NCBI GenBank assembly: GCA_051294905.1
Contig: CM119371.1
Span: 15,502,001 to 15,566,000 of the forward strand
Reading direction: 5' to 3'
DNA: 64,000 bases
Origin: Botryllus schlosseri
Lineage: Eukaryota
Within the stretch, counting starts at the first letter, position 1. Each line of letters begins with the position of its first letter. Positions 13,546 to 26,866 of this stretch are shown here, one piece after another. The position numbers and the translations under genes are program-made. Below the pieces are notes generated by a model, which ran no database searches, was not told where the DNA came from, and saw only the letters and a list, made by a program, of their open reading frames with translations.

Positions 13546-14578
13546 GAGAATTCACGAATGAATGCAAATGGTGCATTTTTAAGAACCACATCTTTACATA
13601 GCCAAATCGAAATTTCATGAAGCAGTTACATACAGTTCACCCAATGGTTTAACACTATGCTTACTACAATGATAGAAATTTGACTTCAGTAGGATAAGTC
13701 GGGCAATTCAGAAAGAATTTAATGTAGTCCAGTATGTAATTTCATCAGCTTCTCCACATCTTTTGACACTATGGTGCTATGAGAGCTGAACTTCACTAGC
13801 AATAATTGTCCGTCAATTTGTAATTTTCTTGGACGAGTTTCCTGTTTTGTGCTTCTATACTTCTTCCAGAAATTTGATTTTCTTGCGTTTTATCCATCAA
13901 CTTCCTCTTTCTGCAGCTTCATAGAAGATATCCATCAAGCCTGCACAAAATATATAATATGTTTGTTTATTTTACAGAGCAACACTGCTGTGCAGGCACC
14001 TATCAAGGCGTACTCATCCGACTCATGTCGACCTCTACCAATGTCATCAACTATCCATCTCATTATTGAATATATTGCTTTCAACAATTTCTATCCATTG
14101 CACACCATCAAGCACTGGAGTGGAATAATATGACACACACCTAGTTTCAGTTTGGACTCATTTTGAAACGCAAAATTGTGTCTAAATGTGACGATTCAAT
14201 ATTTTTGGTACAATAATGCATACATCATTTTATTAATAAAATGAGAATTCAGATGGCTATAGAAAGTCCACATGCCTTTATCCAGATTTTACATTCTTCC
14301 GTGCATGTTATCGGCTCTAGGAAAGGTACAAGCGCACACCAGGAACGGTCTGGGTAGCAATCTCCAAGTTACACAGGCTATTAGCACAGTGTTTATGCGG
14401 CATTTAACCTGATTGATTCAATACACGAGCTAGAGCAGAAAATGACGATTTCAGCTGGGAACGGATCATGTTCCCTAACATATATTATATTAATATGTTG
14501 ATTATTGAATATGCAGACAAGTGCCCAGTGTAACAGTAATTTGCTAGATAATGATACAGACTGGACTATACCATATAC

Positions 14579-15535
14579 CAGGGTTGTAACCAAGTCACAA
14601 GGCTCTGAGTCAGAAGTCAATCTCACTTTTATAGTTTTGACTCGAGTCATTTTCAATTCACCACCGAGTCAAGTCCAAGTCATCGAACAGAGGTCCGAGT
14701 CATGGTATTATGACTCGAGTCCAAGTCATTGTGCTGACTGCTCAGTTTCCAGTTAAAGTCTTGTTAAACCCACTTTTATACCTCTGTTTGGTGATATCGA
14801 ATGGTTTCCATTTATAATATACTAATTTTCCTCACTTTTAACAGTTTCTGGTCGCATTTTCAAGTACTATAGTACTAGGCTTACCATATTTTGGAAATCA
14901 AAAAAGAGGACACTTTTTCAGAAATTTGCAACTTGCAAAACCGGAGTGAAATTCTCAAAAACCGGTTAATTTTTCCCACTTTGTGATCGGTTGTCTAAAA
15001 AAAAGATCATCTTTTCCGCTCAGAGCTGAAAATACCCTTTTTCTCTACACATTGCCAGGTGGATGACTAAAAAAAAAAAGGTAAAAATGTCATCTTTTCG
15101 CTCAGAGCTAAAATCACCGTTTTTCGTTTTTCAAGCTTCACTTCTGTGCTAATATGCGGCATATCACTCGCAATTTGCTCTGAATCTGCCTAAATTTTCA
15201 AAAAAGAGGACAAAATCTTAAAAAAGAGGACAAAAGGGCGTCTTCCGAGGACACTTTCAAAAAAGTCAAAAAAGAGGACAAATCCTCTTAAAAGAGGACG
15301 TATGGTAAGCCTATATAGTACCAATCGACCGAATCCCAATAGGTTGGTTCCTTTACTATTCTTCGAAATCGCAATGAAATGTCGGTCTTGGCCGTCTGAG
15401 TCTTGAGTCATATGACTTTGGTTCGAGTCATGCGCAATAACTCGAGTCGAGCCATTTCCGTATTTTGAGAAAATGACTCGAGTACTCAGAAAATCGTGAC
15501 TCGAGACTGACTCGAGTCGAGTCATTACAACCCTG
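14579..15535. mobile_element. hAT MITE (GACTCGAGTC-repeat family)
   Basis: TIR CAGGGTTGTAA / TTACAACCCTG; TSD CCATATAC/CCATATGC; homologous to 23615-24170 and 58248-59616. Confidence 0.85.
14876..15313. mobile_element. hAT MITE (GAGGAC/GTCCTC family) nested in the previous MITE
   Basis: TIR TAGGCTTACCATA / TATGGTAAGCCTA; perfect 8-bp TSD TATAGTAC. Confidence 0.9.
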
Positions 15536-17685
15536 CCATATGCGATTCTATAAATAGAACACATATAACACCGAGTACACATAATGAATACCCCACCTAT
15601 CCTGTCTCAAGATTCCTCTAATACATGCTATTCGGTACTAAAATCTTATAGTATTGCATACGACTAAGGATAATACAGCAATAGTTGCTTCATCCTAGCG
15701 TTGTTAGAAATCCATTAATTTGGACATGCCATGCTTATGCGTGCTTGCCACCATTCATGTTTATTCTGGGTTAGAACACTGTAAATACATACTAGCTATA
15801 CGTTATTAACATTCATCAAAGCCAGCTATCCCAATTTCAATGTCATTTTGCTAAATATCTTCATTTTTCAACCTTTCTCCATAAGAGCTCATTGTAAGTT
15901 TGCCCGGGCTTGATCTTTGTTTACATCCTGCTGCAACCTGATTGGTCCGTGTCAAAGGTCACGTAAGTGTCTATTGTGAAGTGCCAGTATCTGAGTTGTT
16001 GTAGTTTTGTCTGTCTGAAATAGTAGACTCAAATTATGCTATTTTTCAGCTTTTTCATTTTTAATTTCTTTTGGTTGTTTTGGATCAGACTCTCAATTTT
16101 GATTTCGAATTACTAATGTTCATTCATGCATTCCTCATGACAACTAGAGTTGTTCAAAGTACATGCTGTAGGCCAAGGTGTGCCTGATTAAAAGACTACT
16201 CCAAGTCGTTTCGGCACCCTCCTATCTTTTCATCATATCGCAATCTTGTGGTGTATTGTTTCGGATTAAAAATTTAATAAAATGATTATGATGAAGTAGT
16301 CAATGATGGTAGTAACTACGGTAGTAGAAGCAACTATGTAAATATCTATCAATTAAAAGTAGAAAATGAAGATCTGTACCGCAGCGAGCAGTTCAAAAAT
16401 TAGAATTGGTTATAGCAGCTTGCACCAGGGGTGACTAGGCTACTTTGAAAATTGCAGGATCCATCTTCGCGACTCACGTAACATGACTAATGGCAATATA
16501 AATAAGAAATATGTTCAATTTTGGAATATATATGCAGCTACCGTGTCACAGTGGCTATTTCTTCCTGGTGTTATGACAATTTCACATCTAAATTTGATGC
16601 AAACATTTCCCTACTCTTTGCAAAATCCAAAGTGTATGTAGGCCTATATAGTAAGTTTGTTTGTGGCATTCATGGTGTTTGTCGACTACTATGGTCTTTT
16701 AATCTACACTAATTTGCATTTTATTCCGTAACTGACTACTTGTAGCACGGTCCACTGCTAGGCTTTTTTATAAGACACCGCTTACACTGATGAGGTGTCG
16801 AGGAGCCTAGATAAACCTCCGACGCTTAGGCAGGAATTCTGGAGTAAGTAGTTTTGTTCATAATTCAAATCAGTTTATTGCTAAAAATTTCATCATTTCA
16901 ATACATCACAAGACTGCGATACTATGAAAGATAGGAAGGGCTGACTAGTATTGATTAAGTAAAAAGTTGAACTCATCTAAAAATAACCATTGTGAGTAGA
17001 TAGCTTAGGTGCGCAAAACCTACCTTAGTATGCTGAAAATTTAGAAGTACTTCGTTACTAACCACATATTGTAACTGGGTTTGATGGACACCGTATCATA
17101 GTATTGTAAGTTAGTTTCGGATTTCCATAGGTTTGTTACAATAATAGATATTGTGTATTGGACGCAAATTTCAATTTCGACTGTCACATAAAAGTCTCTG
17201 ACAACTCTTTCCAATCTACTTCTCAAAATCAACCCTTTCTGTCACTACTTTGTAAATTATATTGCAGTTATTTTGACACCTCTTTAATTTTTGACCAGTG
17301 ACCGCCTATGATCGAAAGTCTTTTTTGTTTACAGTTTAAAATGGTATCGATAGAATTCTAATTGTTGCTTGATTACATAATAGTGACACTGAACTTTGTT
17401 TCATCACAATTTTTCAGCATATGTAACATAACTAATTTTGTAAAACGTATTCCATCTGAGAAATGCCCATGAAGGAATGTTCCTTGCGTGCACGATTCCA
17501 TGAAGGCATCGGAAGACGAAGAGCAGTTCTGTGTCATCACAGTCCTGGCTTATTGAGATGAAATCAAGTATCATAATTTTGTACTGATAGCCGCATCTGC
17601 CTACATCCGAGCCATGTCTTCGGGTGATGCAAAGGAGTCGAAGACTGGGATTGTCTCATTTCCAGACACTCATAGGAAAGGTAAA

Positions 17686-17790
17686 GTAGTGGTGAGCGTC
17701 GACGCTATCTGCACAAGCGGCCCGGGTTCAAGTCCAGTCGTCGGAGGTTATTCTGGGCTTCTTGTCCCTCGAGTTGCAGTTCTTAACAGC
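17686..17790 (+). mobile_element. tRNA-derived SINE head, decayed
   Basis: A-box-like TAGTGGTGAGC and B-box-like GGTTCAAGTCC at tRNA-like spacing; boundaries approximate. Confidence 0.4.
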
Positions 17791-19149
17791 GACAAAAAAG
17801 CCCAGTGAAAAAGATGGAGAAAGAAAGAAATAGCGACAAAGAAAGATTAACATCGAAGAATATTGTGACATCGGGCTCTAGGCTTAGGTGGTTACCAGAT
17901 TAAGAGATCGCAACTGGTCGTTTCGGCATCCTATCCAGGACCGAAACAGCACTTGATAAGCCCCCCCTCTCCATAGGGTGATGAACCGAACGCCAGACAC
18001 CCTGTTTCTGCCATATTCGTTCTAATGTTAAGTTGGGTCAGCTCATTTCACCTCATTGCAACTCGTGATTGAATCGGTCAATATGATCGGGAATGCATAC
18101 ATGGCCTATAACTTTATATATCTTACTACATCCGTGGTGCGGTGATGGCCGATGCCGAAGTGCCCATGTGCCCATTTCTCTAATTATGCGTATTTTTTCT
18201 TGGGGGAAGGGTACCAAATAATGAAGACAATCATGCCCAGCGCGAACAAATTTGGAAAAATTGCATAAATTTTCAAAAAACACCCCCCCCCCCAATTGGA
18301 GGTTGGTGTGCGGCAGTTACGGTCCTGCTTCTATCTGTTCATTACATCGCATTATGTGTATTGTATATCGCATTGTTCATGGTGTGTGTGTCTTGGGCAG
18401 ATGAAAATATAATTATTGTTATTATTGTGAAGCAACTCGAAGCATGAACTATATCTAATCTGGGATAGTCGATTTTTCTTTGGGCTGCATCACTGATTTT
18501 ATGATAGTTCTATGCTTTTCAACGTGCAAATCGCTTTGAATTTCCTATCGATCGACTATGTTCTCTTCCACATTTTGAACAATAAAATAATATTGAAAAG
18601 TAGTGACTCGATTTGAGACAATTTGTGTATTGACTCTACTTGTACTCGAGTCATTGCGCACTCGAAAAATTTGGATTTGAATAAAAAAGTATTTTTGGTG
18701 AGCACAACTATAATAAATAAACAAAGAATCGGTCACCGTAAATACTATATTATTCAAATCCAAATTTTTCGGCGGCAATAACTCCGCTTCCACTGGTTGG
18801 AATTGAACCAAATTTGGTGAGAATCGTTTATATAGACATCCCAACACTTTCATTGGGTGAACAGAATATTTTCTAATATTTCATCATTTATTTTTATATA
18901 ATACATTGAAACTTTCTTCTCCTGTAGCAAAGCGGTTACTGGCTGGAATTGAACCACATTTTGTGTATAGGCTTAAATTAGGTAACCTAACAATTTTATC
19001 AAGCAGCTAGTACGATTTGAGAAAAAAGTAATTTTTGAAAAGCTCTTTGCTCAGTAACGAAGTACTTCCAATTTTTCGAAGTACTCGAGTAATTTTTATC
19101 TACTTCCTGTACTGCCACGGGTAGGAACAATTTTTCGCTTCTGGTACTC

Positions 19150-19320
19150 CGAGCGAGATAGTGCGATGGTTATGCGTCCGGCTTCTCGATTGGTAGGTCG
19201 TGGGTTCGATCCCCGGCCGGGTCATACCAAAGACTCGAAAATTGGTATACGCAGCAATCACGCATAGTATGGAGGAGAATAAAACGGGGGCGCAGACTAG
19301 ATGACCTCACGGCCATATCG
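19150..19320 (+). mobile_element. tRNA-derived SINE
   Basis: A box TAGTGCGATGG, B box GGTTCGATCC, then GGGTCATACCAAAGAC; no acceptor stem. A more decayed relative lies near 47400-47520. Confidence 0.7.
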
Positions 19321-19880
19321 CAACTCCGTCGTCAAAGCATCTCGATGGTGCAGGCGAAAAAGAATATCATATCTCTCTCCCACTACATCGAGTCAAGTAG
19401 AAGTAATACTTCCAATGAGAAAGAGACAGTTTTATTTAGTAAAAGTCCATTCAAAAATAAAATACGAGCTGCAGCGTTACGGTCCTTGGAGACTCCCGCG
19501 GATCATCCCGCCAGCTGCATTGATGTAATACAAAAGTCTTTCTAGTCGTGTCTCGGGTCACAAATAAATTGAAAACAGGTCGAGCAATAGTAGGTTGGGA
19601 GATCGGGAAATTCAGGGTCTGTTTTCGAGGAGAGCCTCTCTTTTACCAAGGTGCTGTTGTTCAACGTGCATAATGGGCTGGGCATTCGCGAAGGTGTGAA
19701 ACCGCGAGCTGGCTAAAATATATTGGTTAAATGGGCCGGTGATAGTGTAGCAAGACGAGGACACAACATTGTATGGCGTCAAAGCTAATGGCATTCTTCT
19801 GTTCTGTACCAGATTAAAATGAATTGTTCACACCCAACGACAAAATGTAAGGGACCGTGCTGATTGCTCAAAGTCAGGGG

Positions 19881-20115
19881 CAATGTTCCCTCTAAGCTGC
19901 GCAGGTGAGCAAATGCGCAGTGCTGACACTATAGAATGTAAACGTTTACATTCTATACTGACACGGTCTCGGCGCACAACATCGAAGTTGCGCACAAATA
20001 ATCCGAAATGATGACTCTTTTTTTAGTCGTTACGCACTTTTGTCCAAGGGTCTGCGCAGTGAGTTGGTGAGTGTGCGCCCTGCGCGAGCTCGTCAAAAAT
20101 TAGAAGGGAAAATTG
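19881..20115. mobile_element. hAT MITE (GCGCA-repeat family)
   Basis: TIR CAATGTTCCCTCTAA / TTAGAAGGGAAAATTG; TSD GTCAGGGG/ATCAGGGG. Confidence 0.75.
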
Positions 20116-20367
20116 ATCAGGGGATGAGGATCCAGTCATGCGCGAGTTCTTAAAGTTACCATTGAAGGTCGACACACAAAAAGTCGATCAATATTGGGTG
20201 GTAGAATCACGGAAATGACCGAACCCTGAGATTCACATTTCCACTTCTGTATGACTGTTCCTACAGATTATCATAGTAGAATTGGTGTGGCAAGGTAGTA
20301 TCTGATGTTCTGGTATCGAGCTTCTGGCTGTTGCAAGATTCATCTGCAGTAGACCAATGGTTATAGG

Positions 20368-20882
20368 TAGGGCTGGGCACAATGATTCGAGTACTCGAAT
20401 CTGAATCGAGTACTAATTTTGATGATTCGAGTCGAGTAATAAAAGACAATTTTTTCGAGTACTGAAATTATACGTATCTTGTCACTGACAGTTAATTTAT
20501 CAACGAGGATTATAGTTTTCATAATATTTTCCACTGTAGAAGCCTTGAAACCTTGATTAGTCGTGTCCCAACATGCGAAACATATAGTACAAAGCTAGGA
20601 ATGTTGTTGGAAATAACACATTTCCGAAGTACTGATCATCCCACAACATTTGTCACAAAGTTCAATGAAAACGGTATGGTCGAAAAATTACCAAAGTATC
20701 TTTAAAGTGATGGATAACAGACATTATATTCTTGTTGTGTCATAAAAGGTACATATAATTTAAACGTCGACATAGTATATTCTGTTATGACGTCATACTG
20801 AGTGATACTCGAATACTCGACTCGAAGCAAAATACGTGATTCAGAATCGAATCACTTAGGTACTCGATTTTGCCCAGCCCTA
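20368..20882. mobile_element. hAT MITE (CGAGTA/CGAATC-repeat family)
   Basis: TIR TAGGGCTGGGCA / TGCCCAGCCCTA; perfect 8-bp TSD GTTATAGG. Confidence 0.9.
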
Positions 20883-21439
20883 GTTATAGGCCTATTAGGG
20901 TTACCCTTTGGAAATCTGAAAAGAGCAAACTTTTTCAAAATATCCAGTCCTATGATACTGGAGTAAAATCCGGAAAAACTGATAAATAGCCTACCCGACT
21001 CCAAAAATGTTGGCCTACATTTTAAGTTACTTTACTTTTTTTTAAAAAGGGCAATTTTCCGGCCCACCTTACACAGTATACACAGCTGACTTACGTTGTT
21101 TAGCAATTCTATGAATGCGTGAGCTATACAACGCATTCTTGCATGTCCATTTAATTATATATTCTATCCTGTATGGCGAATGCAATGACTTAATCATACC
21201 TCGTATTTCGAAAAGACAATTTAAATTGAATTGTAACTTGACTTGACTTGACTCGACTTAACTCGAGTCATTTCCAAAAATCGAGTGACTCAACTTGACT
21301 CGAGTCAAAATGTGCAATAATTCGAGATGACTTGTGACCTGAAGGTAGTGATCGACTTTATCCCAACACTGAATCGATTACTTCGCGATACGGATGGTCT
21401 CATCTGTACCTTTAGGTACCAATTTATCGCCTTACTGTT

Positions 21440-21960
21440 ACTACCGTGAGCATCGAATTCTGCGAGTTGATGATATATCGCTTCGAAGTATCAAAAGTTG
21501 TTCACAAATATTTTTCCAATGGTCTGCCTCCTGTGTTTGATGACTTTTTCATACCTGCTAAAAATGTCCATTCCCATTACACGAGATCCTCGTCAAAGGG
21601 AAATATCTACTTACCCCCACCCAATAGCAACGTAAATAAGAGATCTATCGACTACTCGGGACCTATCATCTAGAATGCATCACCACCACATATCCGTGAA
21701 TTGCCATATAATAGATTCAAAAAAGACCTACTTGATCACCGCCTGTCGTTATACTACTAACATTGTTGCCCTACCTCGCCCAGACATTGCTTCATTGATC
21801 ATTTGCTACCATCGTTTAATTTTTCTTCTATTTTCCTTTTTAACTAAACATTTTTTACAGCCAGACTGTTCACAGTCAAGGTGCGCCTGTTTGATGCTGG
21901 TGTGATCAGACTGTAGATGACCTTCACGGTCTTATCGATCATTCCTATCTACCGAATACT
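21440..21960 (+). mobile_element. 5'-truncated LINE 3' end (CR1/L2/Crack group ORF2 C-terminus and 3' UTR)
   Basis: LPPVFDDFF...HSHYTRSS..IYLP...KRSIDYSGPII*NASP matches the LP..F..F....H.Y.TR...S..Y.G...WN.LP ORF2 tail; boundaries approximate. Confidence 0.7.
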
Positions 21961-22396
21961 GTGCATGCATATTTTCTGTACCACCATCACTGCCGTTTGT
22001 TATGTATTTTGGTTGGATGAAAATAAAGACTCTCTCTCTCTCTCTCTCTCCAAAAGAAAGATGACTTTTTCTCTTTTGTGGAATGACATAAACTGAACAT
22101 TCGTGAACAAAGAAATAGTGCGATATCATATCGGGTTATTGATAGCAGAATCGTCGAAATTTCAAATTCCACTACTTATTATCACGCAGTGGATAGTAGC
22201 GGCGTGTGTTGTAGCCTAGTATAGTTAACTAACCTACGTAGGTAAGTTAACTATAGTTGTATCATAGCCTTTATAAGATAGTCGTTACACTCCATTGTTC
22301 CCGGCGGTAAGTATTGGCGGGACAGCAGCACCTAGCGGTGGTTGTGTTAATCTTTATTTTGGGCGACGGTTGTCCTTGTAACGGCCCTGTGGATAT

Positions 22397-22572
22397 ACAG
22401 CTGTATCACTCAAGTATCAGCTGTATCAGTCAAGTACCAGCTGTATCACTCAGGTATCAGCTGTATCACTTCCAGTATCGCCCAGGTATCACTCTGTAAT
22501 AAGTTTCACTGCGTCTGGATGCGCGAAATAATCTGTTATCTCTCAAATATCAGCTGTATCACCCAGGTACCT
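22397..22572. repeat. 20-bp tandem repeat (CAGCTGTATCACTCAGGTAT-like) inside the P-like element
   Basis: Four consecutive CAGCTGTATCA units at 20-bp period plus dispersed copies. Confidence 0.8.
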
Positions 22573-23614
22573 CTCTGCATAAAAAGTATCACGTCAAGAC
22601 TACGTCGGGGATGCGAAATAGTCAGGTATAAGAACAAAATGGTATCGTCTTTTATCGAATTCGTGTCTAATATCGAAAATAATGCTGTACTGAAAATAAC
22701 CGAGAATTCCCTTAAACCTCCACAATTCGTATTCTGTTCAATAAAGAGATTCGCTTTGATTCCGTTTCATTTATAACCATATGTCTCGTATCAGTACAAC
22801 AGCAATAGTAGCAGCAGATATTTCCGAGGTACAACATCCGTGTATAAACAACACTATGTAGCATACACCTGGCACCATTTCGAGCTTGAAAATATAGTCC
22901 AAGAGTAGACTCAAGTTAGGTATGTTGCAATGACCCGATCATGACAAAGTCATCTTTGTACCAGTACTTCAGTGAATATAAGGTCCTACTGAATTATATT
23001 TCCTGATCACAGCTTTATGGTGCCCTTTTACATCATAATATTTTTCACACAGGATAGTGGACAAATCAATGAATCTGGCAGGCAACTGATTTCGGAAATA
23101 GAATTCCACATTGTTTTTTAAGAAAGTTAGTTCTGGATAAAAACAGGACAGCATTTCTTCGGCAGACGATTAACCTCCGTCTATTCAACAAGGCTATATG
23201 AATAATAACGATTTTGACGTTTTCTTGAATACTCAAGCACCGCCGATTGCTATTGCTTTGCATCTCACGCAGCATTCAAGAACGTGTCACACATATTCTA
23301 AAATTTCATCATGGAGATAGGGTGTTAATTGTGACGTTGTTTATCGGCATAGGACTGGACGTGTTGCAGGCAATCAAAACTTCGGCAATGTCGCAGAGTA
23401 GATAAGCAACGTCTTCTGCAGAATCCGAAAGTTCACCAGTTCGTCGGTCCCCAGACAAAGGTCTCCTTTGTCCTGAATGTGAATATATTCTTTGACGATT
23501 TACGACGAGATGAGTAACATCCGATGGCCCTAAAATGAATGACCGAGCATATTAACAACAACAGAGGCTATATTATTTGGTAGAGTGATTGCATCTTTAT
23601 CGGAACTGTAAATG

Positions 23615-24170
23615 CAGGTTGTAACGACTCGAGTCATAACTCGACTCGAGTCACGATTTTCGGATGACTCGAGTTATTTTCTCAAAAAACGGAAAGACTC
23701 GACTCGAGTCAATCTGTGTATTGACTCGACTTGGACTCGAGTCATTGCGCATGACTCGAAGCAAGTCATTGACTCGAGATTCACACGGCCAAGACCGACA
23801 TTTCATTGTAATTTCGAAGCCAACACACTATTGGGATTTCGTTTGTTGGTACTGGTGCTTGAAAATGCGACCAGAAACTGCTAAAAGTGATGAAAATTGA
23901 TATATTATAAATGCAAACCATTCAATATCACCAAACAGAGTTTAAAAAGTGGGTTTAGGAAGACTTTAAATGGAAACTGAGCAGTCAACACAATGACTTG
24001 GACTCGGACTCGAGTCATAATATCATGACTCGGACTCGATCCTCTCTTCGCTGACTGGGACTCCGACTTGACTCGGTGGGAATTGAAAATGACTCGACTT
24101 GACTCGGGTCAAAAATATAAAAGTGAGATTGACTTGTGACTCGGAGCCTTGTGACTTGGTTACAACCCTG
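23615..24170. mobile_element. hAT MITE (GACTCGAGTC family) nested in the P-like element
   Basis: TIR CAGGTTGTAAC / GTTACAACCCTG; perfect 8-bp TSD TGTAAATG. Confidence 0.9.
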
Positions 24171-25529
24171 TGTAAATGGGAAATGGCATGAATACCGGTA
24201 CTCATTGTAAACACGAAAAGTTGTTTCGGCGAACGGCGCCATGATAATACTGTGGCTAGATAACGCAGTAACTTGGAGTGACTAATACACTCAGATAAAT
24301 ATCCGACCGAATAGTGACCAGAATATCAGACCAAATAGTGGGCAAACCGGAATCATGTTCATGGTTGTTCCGCAAAACCCATATCCGCTTTGTTTCAGAC
24401 ATTCTTCTGCAACTAAATTGCAGTCTACCATAAAATAAGACAACTCGGTATTTTACAGATGATTTGAAGTTGAGAAAAGTATTACTGACATTACACACCT
24501 ATGAATAACACCTTATGGCTGAAAACTACCTGGGAATATCAGTATTTGTTCACGAATTGCAACCCAACGGCGCTTCTTCAATGCACGATCTAAATCAAGC
24601 CGATGTCAATGGTGCAACTAATACATGATTCCCATGAGCATGATAGACAGGTTGTGCAGAGTGAAATCGATATGCATGTGGTCTTAATAGGACTGCATTC
24701 AAGTACAATTTTGAAAACATGGCTATTTTGTTGCAATAGATTATCTCTACACGGCCGTTTTCAACTGATAACGTCACAAAAGCTACAAACCGGTGTCGTG
24801 GTCAACATTACATATCCAGTAGTAAGGAGAAATGCCCCGTGGATCTTTGGGGGGTTTTCGGGGATAGAAGATCACGATGAAGATGACCAAAATTGCTCAT
24901 AAAAGTGTTTTTATGTACTAAACCATCATTTTGGTCACAAGCATCGAAGTTTCCTGACAATTTTTCAAATCTGAACAACCCTAATGACCAGCAATAGCAA
25001 CAACATAAGGGTACACAACAGTTGGAGATGGTAGATGATCAGTACTGACGTACGGTATCATTACTCGTTGTAAAAACAACAAATTTACAATATTTTGGCG
25101 ATCGATGCCTTCACATTATTGCTAAATAACGCATTATTATAATCAATACTTACATTACAAAACAATTCCATAAGCTCTTCATCTGATATATCCATCGTAA
25201 ATAGTAAAGATCTACCTCCGGCCGTAGGCAAATAATACCGAGTTGTATGAAACTGCTTCGATGTACCTCACCACCACTAGGTGCTGCTGTCCCGCCATAG
25301 TTAACAATGGAGTGTAACGACTATCTTATAAAGGCTATGGTTGTATAGTATGATTGAAGGACCATCGCCAAGCCATATGTCAGGTTATCACGAGTCAGCT
25401 CCCCGCCGGTGGATGATAATAATCAACTCATTGCCTACTTTCAAATAAGCGTAATTATTGATATCTTTTTATGTTTATAGTTAAATGGGGTTTGAACTTT
25501 ACTGCTAGGCGAGATGTATGTACAATGTA

Positions 25530-26691
25530 GAGGAGATGTGGTACCGATGGATCAAAAATTGCAAAATGATTTCGGGCCCTCAAATCTTCAGCCGAGAATA
25601 GCGGATCTTTTGGTGTCTCAACACTTCGATACAAGCTTTGATCGCGGACATTTATATGAATATCCGCCTTTTCAAAAAATATTTATAAACGTTTAAAAAT
25701 TGTTGCTCGAACGTGTCATCGGTCCCCACCCGGTGGGTCCAAAGGCCCGTGACCATGGGACCTATGAGAAATACGCTCAAAAACTCAATTTTGTTAACCT
25801 GTTTTGTTATGTACTATAAGCTAAGCTACAGAAAGCCAATGAAGAATGTTTCGTCGCGACCTTCAAGAATAAAATTAATTATATCAACTCAAATGTTGGC
25901 ATAAAACCATGTTTTGATATACACCTAAACTTACAAAATTAATGCCACATACATATTACCCGCAAATCGACATTTTGACTGTCAAATACCTCGTAATAGC
26001 GATAACACACCACAGGAAACTATGATTTACAGCCTATTAGGGATGGTGTGAACCTCTGAAAGGCTCAGGTTCGTGTGAACGCGAGCCTTTTTGAAAGGTT
26101 CTGGTTGAACGTGAACGTGAACCTCATGACGTCTGGTGACGTAATATTGCTAATTCGAGCCCTATCTTTTAATGAAGTGATAGCCTATATTAATCTACAC
26201 GATACCTAGCGATGACTCGGGCCAGCCTATATATATGTAGGCGAGTTTCTGTTGTTAAGTGATTAGTTGGTCCATCTATTTTGCTTGATTTGGCTATGGT
26301 ACCATGCATAGGTCCCCCACCCCATAAATATTGTAATTGACTTGAAAATAGTCCACTTGAGGATGGTATTGATTCAAAAAATATGTGCCATTATATACCC
26401 TGATACAAGCCCTATACTTCACATCAAAAATTATGGCGGATTTGTTAGTCTGAAAGGTGATATAGAAAAATGCAAATGTCGATCCAAATTTACTTTAGGC
26501 TACACCCACTAAAACGTAAATCATTCATCACAGACCCCATAACTCACGCAGGTCGATTTTCTTTTTGCATGTGAGGAAAGATTCTGTCAGCATGTAATTG
26601 TAGACAAATTCAGGGAGTGTAATCATGGAATTTCATGGAGAATTTTTCAAGTATTTTCGGTCCCAGAGATCTATCGGCACCACATCTCCCC
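25530..26691. mobile_element. Non-autonomous TIR element flanked by TA (Tc1/mariner-type target)
   Basis: 24-bp TIRs GAGGAGATGTGGTACCGATGGATC vs (reverse complement) GGGGAGATGTGGTGCCGATAGATC, TA on both sides. Confidence 0.65.
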
Positions 26692-26866
26692 TAAATCTGA
26701 TAAAGATTTGAAATTTTGTACACGTCAAATTAAAAATGACGATTTCCATATCGATGCTTCAAGCATCAACCAATGCTAGCTGATATGAATCAGTACTGAG
26801 CTGTCCTTTGCCTTTACTCGTAACGGCAGCTCCCAATATCTGGGTTAGTGGATTGTATGCAATAGG

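Larger units (their letters stand above)
11505..15972 (-). mobile_element. ISL2EU (PIF/Harbinger-related) DNA transposon, decayed, ~255-bp TIRs
   Basis: TIRs 11505-11759 and 15718-15972 (AGACACTTACG.../...CGTAAGTGTCT), flanked by AT on both sides; internal DDE transposase remnants. Confidence 0.8.
22263..25339. mobile_element. P-element-like DNA transposon, decayed
   Basis: TIRs CATAGCCTTTATAAGATAGTCGTTACACTCCATTGTT (perfect 37 bp, plus a further inner matching block); 7-bp TSD GTTGTAT; possible transposase C-terminal remnant on the minus strand near 23430-23490 (EYIHIQDKGDL..DELVNF). Confidence 0.7.

Noticed and set aside
19150..19225. Functional tRNA gene
   Set aside because: A and B boxes are present but no acceptor stem closes and the sequence continues into a SINE body.
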